Assembly: GCA_035263625.1 (NCBI GenBank)
Contig: DATFRB010000033.1
Span: 53,539-117,538 of the forward strand
Length of the DNA: 64,000 nt
Origin: Terracidiphilus sp.
GTDB lineage: Bacteria; Acidobacteriota; Terriglobia; Terriglobales; Acidobacteriaceae
Reading direction: 5' to 3'
In this document: positions 18,634-27,702 of the stretch, one piece after another
How the letters are laid out: each line of letters starts with the position of its first letter
How positions within the stretch are numbered: position 1 is the first letter of the stretch
Notes under the pieces: model-generated
Seen by the model: the letters and a program-made list of their open reading frames with translations, nothing else
Database searches by the model: none
What the model was told of the DNA's origin: nothing
Translations under genes and position numbers: made by a program

Positions 18634-18745
18634 TCTCATGTTCCTGGGATTTTCACCCAGCGAGAGTTGACACCATACTCCTGGATTGCCCAGGCAGGTT
18701 GTCGTGGCGTCACAGGGCCCGTCCCTCAGCCACTCTGCATGAAAC
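18634..18745 (-). ncRNA. SAM-I (S-box) riboswitch
   Basis: Minus strand TTCATGCAGAG-TGGCT-GAGGGACGGGCCCTGTGACGCCACGACAACC...GGTGTCAACTC...GAACATGAG matches the S-box landmarks (AUC/AUGCAGAG, GAGGGA..GGCCC kink-turn/pseudoknot, CAACC, GGUG, AUGAG). It lies about 130 nt upstream of the PLP enzyme. Confidence 0.85.
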
Positions 18746-18925
18746 TCAGGCTTGCCCTTTGGGGGCAAACTTGAATGTTCTACTTTTATCACAGGGTCGG
18801 GGTGAGCGCAAGCGCGATTGCAGCAAATTGCGAACTTCGGGGGCCAAAGCGTTATTCGCGCGGGCCGATCTGGGATTTTTTGAGCGGACGGGCGCATTTG
18901 CTGATCCGGATGCCGAGCGCTGAAA

Positions 18926-19201
18926 TCAAGCCCGAGGTGACTGAAACTCCGCCCAGAACTCCGCCGATGACAGCACCGGGATCACTTCGAAGTCCACCAG
19001 ATCGTTCCATCTGCGCGTCCATGGCGTCAGCGATTCTGCGTCCGGGGCTTCCATCAACTGAAAGCAGCGCAGCCCGGCGGGGTCAATCCAACTGCCCAGA
19101 TATTTCACATCATCCGGCAGCATTCGTCCCTGGCTCGTGAACCGCTCGCGTATGAGGGTGGTATGGTCGCGGGGGAATCGTTCGATCACCATGAGCAGCA
19201 T
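18926..19201 (-). CDS. DUF3303-like small protein
   Basis: Motifs MVIERF, GRMLPDDVKYLGSWI, RCFQLME, W.RRWNDLVDFEVIPV. Confidence 0.8.
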   Translation of the reverse strand: MLLMVIERFPRDHTTLIRERFTSQGRMLPDDVKYLGSWIDPAGLRCFQLMEAPDAESLTPWTRRWNDLVDFEVIPVLSSAEFWAEFQSPRA

Positions 19202-19270
19202 GAAAGCAAGTGTACTGCCCCAGCAGACTGCGGGCCTGTGATGCTGCCAGACTGCGGGTGCAATCGAGCT

Positions 19271-20098
19271 TCAACCGATAACGGTGACTTCCGCGCGAGG
19301 CTGGTTCAGCGCTTCTCTTGCGCGTGCGGTCCTGCTGATTGAGTCCGACACAACCCATGCGGCTCCGGCGATCGCAAGGTCGATGCCGTTGCCCGCCCAG
19401 TTGAAATGCACACGCGGCGCTGCGATGAGCATCGGAAGCCAGAGGAGGATCTCGAAACCGACGATCTCGGCGGTAAGCAGGCGAGCAGCAAGGGGGGCCA
19501 TGATGCCGGTGAGGATGGCGGCCGCGGCGAGGAAAAAGCTGATCGTGGTCGCGTATGCCCAGAACAACTGTCCCGGCGGGATCCATTTGGGAACAAAGCT
19601 CGCGATACCCCTCATGGTGTCGAAGATGTGTACGATGCCGAACGAGACCGGGCAGAGGCCGAAGATGCGCGCGAAGAGGCGCTCGCGCCGTGCAACGAAC
19701 GATTCGGGTGGAAACAAGATCGCGCACAGAACAAGACCGCCGCAGACCATCGAGAACTCTTCAAATACGTTGCCCATTGCATCGTATTCGGGCTTGAAGA
19801 TATCGACCAGAGCCTTGGGCAGCCAGAGGAGCGTGAAGATTGAGTAGACGATCGTAAGCGTGACAGCGCCGATGCGGGCGGCGCGAGGCTGAATACGATT
19901 CAGGATGAGCGCGATGCCCGCGGTCAGCTCGATGATTGCGGTGAGATAGGCCAGCGGCACGCGGAACGGAACGCCTGGGCCGACGTGCTGCCAGCCGACC
20001 GCGAAGTCGCCGGACACGAGACCCAGCAGGCCAAGGAAGATGGCGGCTCCGCCGTACACGAAAATGCCGAGGTTCGATGCGAGGCTGCGGTTTTGCAT
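19271..20098 (-). CDS. DoxX-like integral membrane protein
   Basis: 275 aa with multiple TM helices. Two similar halves (VP....P...AYLT / VPKWIPPGQLFWAYAT). Confidence 0.75.
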   Translation of the reverse strand: MQNRSLASNLGIFVYGGAAIFLGLLGLVSGDFAVGWQHVGPGVPFRVPLAYLTAIIELTAGIALILNRIQPRAARIGAVTLTIVYSIFTLLWLPKALVDIFKPEYDAMGNVFEEFSMVCGGLVLCAILFPPESFVARRERLFARIFGLCPVSFGIVHIFDTMRGIASFVPKWIPPGQLFWAYATTISFFLAAAAILTGIMAPLAARLLTAEIVGFEILLWLPMLIAAPRVHFNWAGNGIDLAIAGAAWVVSDSISRTARAREALNQPRAEVTVIG

Positions 20099-20270
20099 GG
20101 CTTTTCTTCCTGTCGAGATTTCCGCGACAAACGACTCGCTGAAGCCAAGCGCAGTCTAGCGCGGCTGGCGCGCGCCGATGCGCCTCAGTTGCGGGAGGGA
20201 AGATGAAGGCCGTGGGATGGAACAAAACCTGAATCAAGCGGCGAGCCGGAAGGGGCCGCTCGGTTCCTCG

Positions 20271-21416
20271 TCAGTTGCTGTAAATCCGCACGTAATCCAC
20301 GCTCATGTCCGATGGGAATACTGTCGTCTTGTCCGGGCTTCCGGGCCAGTCGCCGCCGACCGCGAGGTTGAGAATGATGAACTGCGGTCCAGCGTCAAAG
20401 GGCCACGGACTCGATGTCCACGCCGAGTCGGTGGACTTGAATGTTGCGTACACATTGGTCGGCGAATCCACGTAGAACTGGATCTGGCCTTTCGTCCAGA
20501 TCATTCCGTAGGTGTGCCAGTCGGCGGCGGAGAATCCGTTGGGGTGGTATTGCTGCGTGCCGTTGGCTTCGCTCGCAGAGGTGCCGCCGTGCACCGAACC
20601 GGCGATCCAGTCGTAGCCCGGAAGCGGGCCGCCGACATATGGCGCCGGATTGCTTCCGTTGATGTGCTCCATGATGTCGAGCTCGCCACATGCCGGCCAC
20701 CCGATGGTGGCAATGTTGTTGCCGAGCAGCCAGAACGCGGGCCACATTCCCTGCGACTCCGGCAGTTTCATGCGCGCCTCAATGCGGCCGTACATGAAGC
20801 TGAAGAGACCCTGCGATTTGAGCCGCGCCGAGGTGTAGACGCCGGCTGATGGGTTTTGCGCCATAACGTGCAGATAGCCGTCGGTTCCCAGGTATGCGTT
20901 CGGATTCGATGGATTGCATGGCCCGGCTGTGGAGCCCCACGCGCAATAGGTTTCGAGTTCATTATTGCCGCAGCAATTGGTTCCCACGTCGTACGTCCAC
21001 ACGTTTGCATTGGGCTGGCTGTTGCTGTTGCCCGACGCCGAAAACTCATCGCTCCATATGAGCGTTCCGGAACCGATGTTCGGAGTGAACGCCTGCGTCG
21101 CCACCGCGCTGTCAGCGTATGCCGGCGGATTCGCCGCCATGGCGTTCACCGTCAGGTTCGACGCCACCAGGAACGGCGCCTGATAAATCTGCGATGTCTC
21201 CTTCGGCGCGCTGCCGTCGAGCGTGTAGTAGATCTTTGCGCCGTTTGTGCCGTCGGCGAGGGTCACGATCATCGCGCCGTTCTGCGCCGGCGCCGTGGCG
21301 ATCGTCGGCTTCGCTGCCTGCTGCGCAGTTGGAGGCGGCGTGGTTGTTGTGGTTGAACCGTTGCCGCCGCCGCATGCGCATATAGTTGCGGCCGATAGTA
21401 GCAACACCGTCAGCAT
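20271..21416 (-). CDS. GH16 glycoside hydrolase (laminarinase-like) lipoprotein with an N-terminal Fn3-associated/chitobiase-C domain
   Basis: Lipobox-like ICAC-GGG, IYYTLDGS.P module, WSDEF, NNELETY, WPAFWLLG and catalytic GELDIME. An AGGAGG RBS precedes the ATG at 21416. Confidence 0.9.
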   Translation of the reverse strand: MLTVLLLSAATICACGGGNGSTTTTTPPPTAQQAAKPTIATAPAQNGAMIVTLADGTNGAKIYYTLDGSAPKETSQIYQAPFLVASNLTVNAMAANPPAYADSAVATQAFTPNIGSGTLIWSDEFSASGNSNSQPNANVWTYDVGTNCCGNNELETYCAWGSTAGPCNPSNPNAYLGTDGYLHVMAQNPSAGVYTSARLKSQGLFSFMYGRIEARMKLPESQGMWPAFWLLGNNIATIGWPACGELDIMEHINGSNPAPYVGGPLPGYDWIAGSVHGGTSASEANGTQQYHPNGFSAADWHTYGMIWTKGQIQFYVDSPTNVYATFKSTDSAWTSSPWPFDAGPQFIILNLAVGGDWPGSPDKTTVFPSDMSVDYVRIYSN

Positions 21417-21517
21417 TGTTCCTCCTGCGCTCAAGTGCGTCTCACCATCCCCAAACCAGATTCATTGTCTCTTGTTTGCCGGACTCCATCAGAGCATGTG
21501 AACGGGCAATGCGCAAG

Positions 21518-22507
21518 TCAGCGCGGTGGCGGGAAATGCTCGTCGAACGCCTTCTTCAGGCGAGGGCTCCCGGTACTCTCGACCGCCCGGTCGATGCGTG
21601 ACCGGACATCATCGCAGGGAGCGGATTTCGCAAGCGATTCGATGGACAGAGAAGCCTCGCGATCTTCCTCTTCGATCAGTCCGATGAGGTAGTCGAAGGC
21701 TTGCGGAAGGCGGGTGAGTGCAATCGCGCTGAGCAGCACGCCGGCGAACCACGGCTCGCCGGCCGCCGGATTTGGATGGCTGCGCAGATCGAGAAGAAGC
21801 GCGAGAGCCGCCGGGCTTCTGGTCTCGGCCAATGCGAATGCTGCCTCAGCCGCGGCATCGTCCGCGGCGGCGAGAAACTGCGCCACGAATGGAATGGACG
21901 CATCGCGATCGATGCTCAAGAGCGCGGCCATGCACGTGCCGAGAACCTCAGGCTCTTCTCCCGGAATGAGCGCGCGCAATCGCAACAGCGGCACCGCCGG
22001 ATCGCCGATTTGCGCGATGGCTCGGATCGCTTCGACGCGAACGCTCTTGTCCGCGTCGACGAGAAGGTCGAGGAGAAGCAACAGCAGTTCGTGGTTTGCG
22101 ATCCCCTCGCAGGCCGCAAGCGCGTGCGCGCAATTGGCGCGCAGCGAGCCGGCCGAGTCCGACCGGCCGCCCCAAACCGGCTCCATCTGATGGTGGTGGA
22201 GTCCGCGCAGATAGACATCCTTGTCGCGGCATTCGAGCCGTGGAAGCGCGCGGCTCAAGGCGTTCTTGGCCCAGCACTGCGGATCGGTCTTCTCCGGGTT
22301 CTCGAAAAAGCGCTTGAATGCGGCGAGAAGGTCGGGAACGAGGGCGGTCAATTGATTGTCTTCGGCCAGGCGCGCCGCCTTCGCGACGAGGAGATTGCTT
22401 CGATGCGCGAGAGTTTTTTTCACAAACCCGATCTGCTCCGCATCGAGTTGCCGGTCCTTCATGGCATCGAGGGCCTGCATGTGATCGTCAAACCCGCGAT
22501 GCGCCAT
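21518..22507 (-). CDS. HEAT-repeat protein
   Basis: Alpha-helical repeats such as LLVDADKSVRVEAIRAIAQIG and DAAAEAAFALAE. A GGAGG RBS precedes the ATG at 22507. Confidence 0.8.
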   Translation of the reverse strand: MAHRGFDDHMQALDAMKDRQLDAEQIGFVKKTLAHRSNLLVAKAARLAEDNQLTALVPDLLAAFKRFFENPEKTDPQCWAKNALSRALPRLECRDKDVYLRGLHHHQMEPVWGGRSDSAGSLRANCAHALAACEGIANHELLLLLLDLLVDADKSVRVEAIRAIAQIGDPAVPLLRLRALIPGEEPEVLGTCMAALLSIDRDASIPFVAQFLAAADDAAAEAAFALAETRSPAALALLLDLRSHPNPAAGEPWFAGVLLSAIALTRLPQAFDYLIGLIEEEDREASLSIESLAKSAPCDDVRSRIDRAVESTGSPRLKKAFDEHFPPPR

Positions 22508-22727
22508 GGTTGCTCCTCCGGGCCATCTTAGTCCATGCGCGCAAAAGGCCTGCGCTGTTCCAGGCATTGCGATGAATGAACAAGAGCGAGAAGCCGCCGA
22601 AGCGAAAGCGGGCAGATCCAGTTGCATCGCGGAGGTGACCAGGGCATTGCAATGTGGTCAGAACGCACAACCGCCGGAGTCGCAAGCGGCTCCGGCGGAA
22701 GAATCAGATCGAATTGAAGGTTCGGAA

Positions 22728-23588
22728 CTAGCGGCTAGCGGTGGTGGCGTACAGGCCCCAGCCGAGCGCGCCAAGTGCAGCGCCGCCCTCGATGATGCCT
22801 GCCGTCAGGTCAGCTCCGGTCCAGCCATTCGAGCCGCCACCGGCTGCGCCGGCCATTGCGCCAGTGGTCTTATTCACGTTGGAGACGTCGATCACATTCA
22901 CGGCGCCGCCCGTTGCGGCCGCAGCCGTGTCGATGGAACCGCTGATCGTGACAGTCTTACCGACCCACTTATCGAATCCCTTGTTGACGGTCTCCTGATC
23001 GGCATCCTTGCCGATAAACTCATGGATCGCGCCGTTGGAATCGGTAACATAGTAGTGGCCGTTTACGCGCGAAACCTTTCCGGTTACGCTGACGGACCCG
23101 GCACCTTCATCGGCAAAGGACTTCGGGGTTCCCGGCACAACCTTGCCCATCACCTTCCCGCTGCCGTTCGTGACCTGGAAGGAGCCGTTCAGAGCTGCCA
23201 CTTCAATGTTGCCCAAGCCGCTGACCGCGACCACGCCGCGGGCACCCGGTTGCGTGGGAACGACATGGAAACCGCCGGCATCCATCTGGAAGCGATCGGA
23301 GGTAGCCATTTCGCTCTTTCCATGCTGCAGGACCATGTGGTCGCGGTAGAGGGTTCCGAGCGAGCCACCGGCCATTTTAATTTCAGTTCCTTTATCCAGC
23401 CGCAGGGTCGCGGTGGCCACATTGGTTTGGATCGCGCTGCCATCGAACAAGGTCGCATTGCCCACGATGGAGTAGCCGTCGACGCGGAGGTCACCCCGCG
23501 CACTCGCCGTGCCAATGGCAGTCGAAGCAAGAGCAAGGGGGGATGCTGCGAGGAACAGACCGGCTGCCAGGTACGCCTTCGAGATCAT
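22728..23588 (-). CDS. Hypothetical exported beta-rich protein with a C-terminal hydrophobic anchor
   Basis: Signal peptide MISKAYLAAGLFLAASPLALA, Gly/Thr-rich beta strands and a C-terminal Gly/Ala-rich hydrophobic tail. Confidence 0.78.
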   Translation of the reverse strand: MISKAYLAAGLFLAASPLALASTAIGTASARGDLRVDGYSIVGNATLFDGSAIQTNVATATLRLDKGTEIKMAGGSLGTLYRDHMVLQHGKSEMATSDRFQMDAGGFHVVPTQPGARGVVAVSGLGNIEVAALNGSFQVTNGSGKVMGKVVPGTPKSFADEGAGSVSVTGKVSRVNGHYYVTDSNGAIHEFIGKDADQETVNKGFDKWVGKTVTISGSIDTAAAATGGAVNVIDVSNVNKTTGAMAGAAGGGSNGWTGADLTAGIIEGGAALGALGWGLYATTASR

Positions 23589-24041
23589 GACTTGCCTCCA
23601 ATAGGGAAGGTATTACCTCCCTTTGTCTTATAACCGCGACAGGCGAAGTTTGCAAGTGAAAAGTACTAAATTTCAGCAACTTGCGTCGCACGTCTGTCAT
23701 ACGGGAGAGGGTTTGTAATACGAGCGCCGGAGAGCTTCCGCAGCGCCCGATTGAGCCGCCAGGAAGTGCCCGGGGAGGCGGCTGACGCCATTGTTGCATA
23801 CCCGGGCGCGGAGTGGAATGCAAGAAGAATGTGAACCAGCGATTTCGCGATATTTTCCGCGGAATTTCTGGACGGTTCATCACCCGCAGCCCTGACCCGA
23901 TTGGGCCGCGCGCCAGCGGGGGAAGTAGACTTTGCGTGACCAGATGCTGATTCGCTGACAGAAAAGCGCTACGCAAGGGAATATTTGCGGAGGATATCGA
24001 CGAATTCGTGAACGCGTGGAATGATCGGGGCCCCATGGCGC

Positions 24042-24069
24042 TTGACATAACTTGCCTGCGACCAATAAT
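24042..24069 (+). promoter_or_regulatory. Candidate sigma70 promoter for the M16 peptidase
   Basis: TTGACA, 16 nt, AATAAT, about 150 nt upstream of the ATG at 24223. Confidence 0.4.
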
Positions 24070-24222
24070 GAGCATGCAGCGTCGAACCAGCGTCTACTCT
24101 TCACCAGTACCCTGTGAGCTATGGCCGAGTTATGGGCCGGATCGCTTTGCCTGGATGCCGTGTTTTGCCGTCGCTAACTTGTCTTACCAGTTCTTGCCAT
24201 TCGAATCCGGAGGGAATCTCGC

Positions 24223-26985
24223 ATGAAATCCCGATTGCTTGTGTTTGTTGCGTTACTTATTTCCGGCGCCGCGGTTGTTGCTCAATCCGCGCTGCCGAAC
24301 GGCGTCACCAGGGTTACTTCAGTAGAAGGGATCACGGAGTACAAACTGGCCAACGGGCTGGAACTGCTGGTGTTTCCCGACGCGTCGAAGCCGAATATCA
24401 CGGTGAACATTACTTACCTGGTGGGGTCGCGGTTTGAAGGGCCGGGCGAGGCGGGAATGGCGCACCTGCTGGAACACATGCTGTTCAAGGGCAGCCCGAA
24501 GCACACCAATATTCCGCAGGAGCTGACGGAGCACGGCGCGCGGCCCAATGGGACGACCTCGTGGGACCGGACGAATTACTTCGAGACGTTCAAGTCATCC
24601 GACGAGAACTTGAAATGGGCGCTGGACCTCGAGTCGGACCGGATGGTGAATTCGTTTATCCGCAAGGAGGACCTGGACAAGGAGTTTTCGGTAGTCCGCA
24701 ACGAATTCGAAGCGGGCGAGAATAACCCGTTCAGCGTGCTGTTCGAGCACACGATGTCGGCTGCGTACCTGTGGCATAGCTACGGGCGGTCGGTGATCGG
24801 GAATCGCAGCGATATCGAGCGCGTGCCGATCCAGAACCTTCAGGCTTTCTACCACAAGTTCTATCAACCGGATAACGCGGTGCTGATGGTGGCGGGCAAC
24901 GTGGACGAGGCACATGCGGTGGCGCTGGTGAACGACTATTTCGGCAAGATTCCGAAGCCGGCGCGGGTGCTGCCCACGACCTACACCACGGAGCCGGCGC
25001 AGGACGGGGAGCGCGAGACTACGGTCCACCGGGTGGGTGACATCCAGGCGATTATCGCGATGTACCACATTCCCGATGGGGCGAGCGCGGATTATCCGCC
25101 GCTGGAGGTGCTGTCGTCCGTGCTCGGCGAAGAGGTGTCGGGGCGGCTCTACAAGGCGCTCGTCGATACGAAGAAGGCCAGTGAAGTTTTCTCCGAGGCG
25201 ATGGAGATGAATGAGCCCGGTGTGTTCTACAACGGGGCTCTGCTGCGCAAGACGGACTCGCTGGACGACGACAGGAAGATCATGTTCGATACCGTGAACG
25301 ACCTGGCCACGAATCCGCCGACCGCGGAGGAGGTGGAGCGCGCGCGGACGCGGCTGCTGAAGGGGATCGACCTGAACCTGCGCGACTCCGAGCGGATCGG
25401 ACTGTTCATCAGCTCTTACATTGCGGTGGGAGACTGGCGGCTGCTGTTTGTGGACCGCGACCGGATCAAGAAGGTGACGCCGGACGATGTGAAGCGTGTG
25501 GCGATCGCTTACCTGAAGCCCTCGAACCTGACGGTCGGCGTGTTCATTCCGGAGGCGGCGCCGGTGCGCGCGGAGATTCCCGCGAAGAGCGACGTGGCCT
25601 CGCTGGTGAAGGACTACAAGGGGACGGAAACGGTGCAGGCGGGAGAGGCGTTCGATCCGTCGCCGGCGAATATCGAGGCGCGCACGGTTCGCTTCACGCT
25701 GCCGGATGGAATGAAGGTGGCGCTGCTGAGCAAGAAGACGCGCGGCGCATCGGTGCACGCGGCGATTTCGCTGCACTTCGGCGACGTCGAGTCGCTGAAG
25801 GATAAGGACACGGCCGCGGGCCTTGCGGGGGCGACGCTGATCAAGGGCACGGAAGGCAAGGACCGCCAGCAGATCCAGGACGCGATCGACAAGCTCAAGT
25901 CGCGGATGAACGTCTTCGGCGGCGCGCGCGGGGCGAGCGTGTCGATTGAATCGAACAAGGACAACCTGGCTGGGATTCTTGAGCTGGCCGCCGAGGTATT
26001 GGAGCACGCTACGCTGCCGGACGCGGAGATCGAGAATGCCCGCAAAGAGGCGATCACCTCGCGCGAATACAGCAAGTCCGAGCCGCAGACGCAGGCCTAC
26101 GTTGCGCTCGAGCGCACGCTGTATCCGTTCCCGAAGGGAGACGTGCGCTATACCTCGACTCCGGATGAGGGAATAGAGGATCTGAAGGCGGCGAAGGCTG
26201 ACGACGCGCGGGCGTTCTACAAGGCGTTCTACGGCGCATCGAACGGCGAATTGTCGATTGTGGGTGACTTCGATCCGGCGCAGATCCGGCCGCTGGTGAC
26301 GAAGCTGTTCGGGGACTGGAAGAGCCCGGCGCACTTTGAGCGCGTCAAGGTCGGGTTCCAGAAGATGGGCCCGGCGGAGCAGACGCTGGAGACTCCGGAC
26401 AAGGCGAATGCCGTTTTCATTGCTGCCGAGCGGATGAACCTGAGCGACTCGTCGGCGGATTATCCGGCAATGCTGTTCGGGAACTACATGCTCGGCGGCG
26501 GGTTCCTGAATTCGCGGCTGGCGCAGCGGATCCGCGTGAAGGACGGGCTGAGCTACGGGATCGGATCGCAGTTCTCCGCTGCGCCGCACGAACCGGACGC
26601 AACGATCATGACATTCGCAATTGCCGCACCACAGAACGTGACGAAGGTGGAGTCGGCGTTCAAGGAAGAGGTGGAGCGCGCGCTGCGGGATGGCTTTACG
26701 CAAAAGGAGCTGGACGCGGACCGCGACGGCTGGCTGCAGTCGCAGCAGGTGAGCAGGGCCGAGGACGCGGCGCTGTGCGGGATGCTCAATGGCCACGAGT
26801 TCAACGGGCGCACGTTCGCGTGGGACCAGACGCTCGAGGACAAGGTGAAGGCGCTGAAACCGGATGATGTGGCGCAGGCGATGAAGAGGAATATCGATCC
26901 TGCGGACTTTACGATCGTCAAGGCCGGCGACTTCAAGAAGGCGGCGGCGACGCAGGCTGCTCCGGCGGCTCCGGCGGCGAAGTAA
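24223..26985 (+). CDS. M16 family zinc peptidase (pitrilysin/PqqL-like), exported
   Basis: Signal peptide, inverted zinc motif HLLEH, NGTTSWDRTNY, VVRNE and second-half RVKDGLSYG. Confidence 0.93.
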   Translation: MKSRLLVFVALLISGAAVVAQSALPNGVTRVTSVEGITEYKLANGLELLVFPDASKPNITVNITYLVGSRFEGPGEAGMAHLLEHMLFKGSPKHTNIPQELTEHGARPNGTTSWDRTNYFETFKSSDENLKWALDLESDRMVNSFIRKEDLDKEFSVVRNEFEAGENNPFSVLFEHTMSAAYLWHSYGRSVIGNRSDIERVPIQNLQAFYHKFYQPDNAVLMVAGNVDEAHAVALVNDYFGKIPKPARVLPTTYTTEPAQDGERETTVHRVGDIQAIIAMYHIPDGASADYPPLEVLSSVLGEEVSGRLYKALVDTKKASEVFSEAMEMNEPGVFYNGALLRKTDSLDDDRKIMFDTVNDLATNPPTAEEVERARTRLLKGIDLNLRDSERIGLFISSYIAVGDWRLLFVDRDRIKKVTPDDVKRVAIAYLKPSNLTVGVFIPEAAPVRAEIPAKSDVASLVKDYKGTETVQAGEAFDPSPANIEARTVRFTLPDGMKVALLSKKTRGASVHAAISLHFGDVESLKDKDTAAGLAGATLIKGTEGKDRQQIQDAIDKLKSRMNVFGGARGASVSIESNKDNLAGILELAAEVLEHATLPDAEIENARKEAITSREYSKSEPQTQAYVALERTLYPFPKGDVRYTSTPDEGIEDLKAAKADDARAFYKAFYGASNGELSIVGDFDPAQIRPLVTKLFGDWKSPAHFERVKVGFQKMGPAEQTLETPDKANAVFIAAERMNLSDSSADYPAMLFGNYMLGGGFLNSRLAQRIRVKDGLSYGIGSQFSAAPHEPDATIMTFAIAAPQNVTKVESAFKEEVERALRDGFTQKELDADRDGWLQSQQVSRAEDAALCGMLNGHEFNGRTFAWDQTLEDKVKALKPDDVAQAMKRNIDPADFTIVKAGDFKKAAATQAAPAAPAAK

Positions 26986-27321
26986 GGGTTTGCCTGCTCG
27001 ACGGCGTTTACCAACCAGTAATAGTGGCTTGTCAGCCGGCGTCTCCGGTTCAGTCCGGAGACGCCGATTTCCCGGGTTCGGGCATGAAATAGAGGTTGAC
27101 AGACTTCGTCTGTTAAATGGTTGAAATAATTGGTTTTCATTGGAAATATTGCGGATAAAACGGCAATAAATTGGTGGCAAATAAATTTTTTAAGGGGGGG
27201 GAGGGGGGTATTATTTTTCTGGTTAACAGAGGCGATTGCTGCGAATCGCCATCTTCGTCACGATCGAATCGATAGCGACGGGTCTTGTCACTTCCATAAA
27301 CCGGCCATGTTCGGGTGTTTA

Positions 27322-27399
<78 letters not shown>

Positions 27400-27460
27400 G
27401 GCAACATGTTTGAGTGTATCAGAAAGGACTGGGGGAAAGCGTGTGGGCGTTTGAGGATTT

Positions 27461-27687
27461 CCCACCCATGCGCGATGAGGCTGCGCATGGATGGGGCACC
27501 CTGTTTCGGTGAGGATACCGACTCCCCTAAATACCGGTGGCGCGAGCTGTGGTGGGTTCCCGGGTCCCCAAATCGGGACCCGGGGCACCCTTTGTGGTGG
27601 GAGAACTGGCTTCGCGAAGGCCTGTGGTGTGGCCTTGGAGTGATAGCCCACCCATCTCGCGGTGAGGCTGCGAGATGGATGGGGCAC
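27461..27687. repeat. Cluster of REP-like palindromes (three hairpins ending GGGGCAC)
   Basis: cccacccatgcgc..gcgcatggatggggcaccc (27461-27501), cccgggtccc-caaatc-gggacccggggcaccc (27559-27590) and cccacccatctcgc..gcgagatggatggggcac (27647-27687). Confidence 0.8.
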
Positions 27688-27702
27688 ATAGCTGTTGCGC
27701 GT

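Noticed and set aside
24595-27180. 861-aa minus-strand ORF, and similar long antisense ORFs at 721-2331, 3120-4976, 32532-34046, 57911-59458 and elsewhere
   Set aside because: They are shadow frames opposite well-supported genes in GC-rich DNA, are Arg/His/Val-rich and carry no recognisable motifs.
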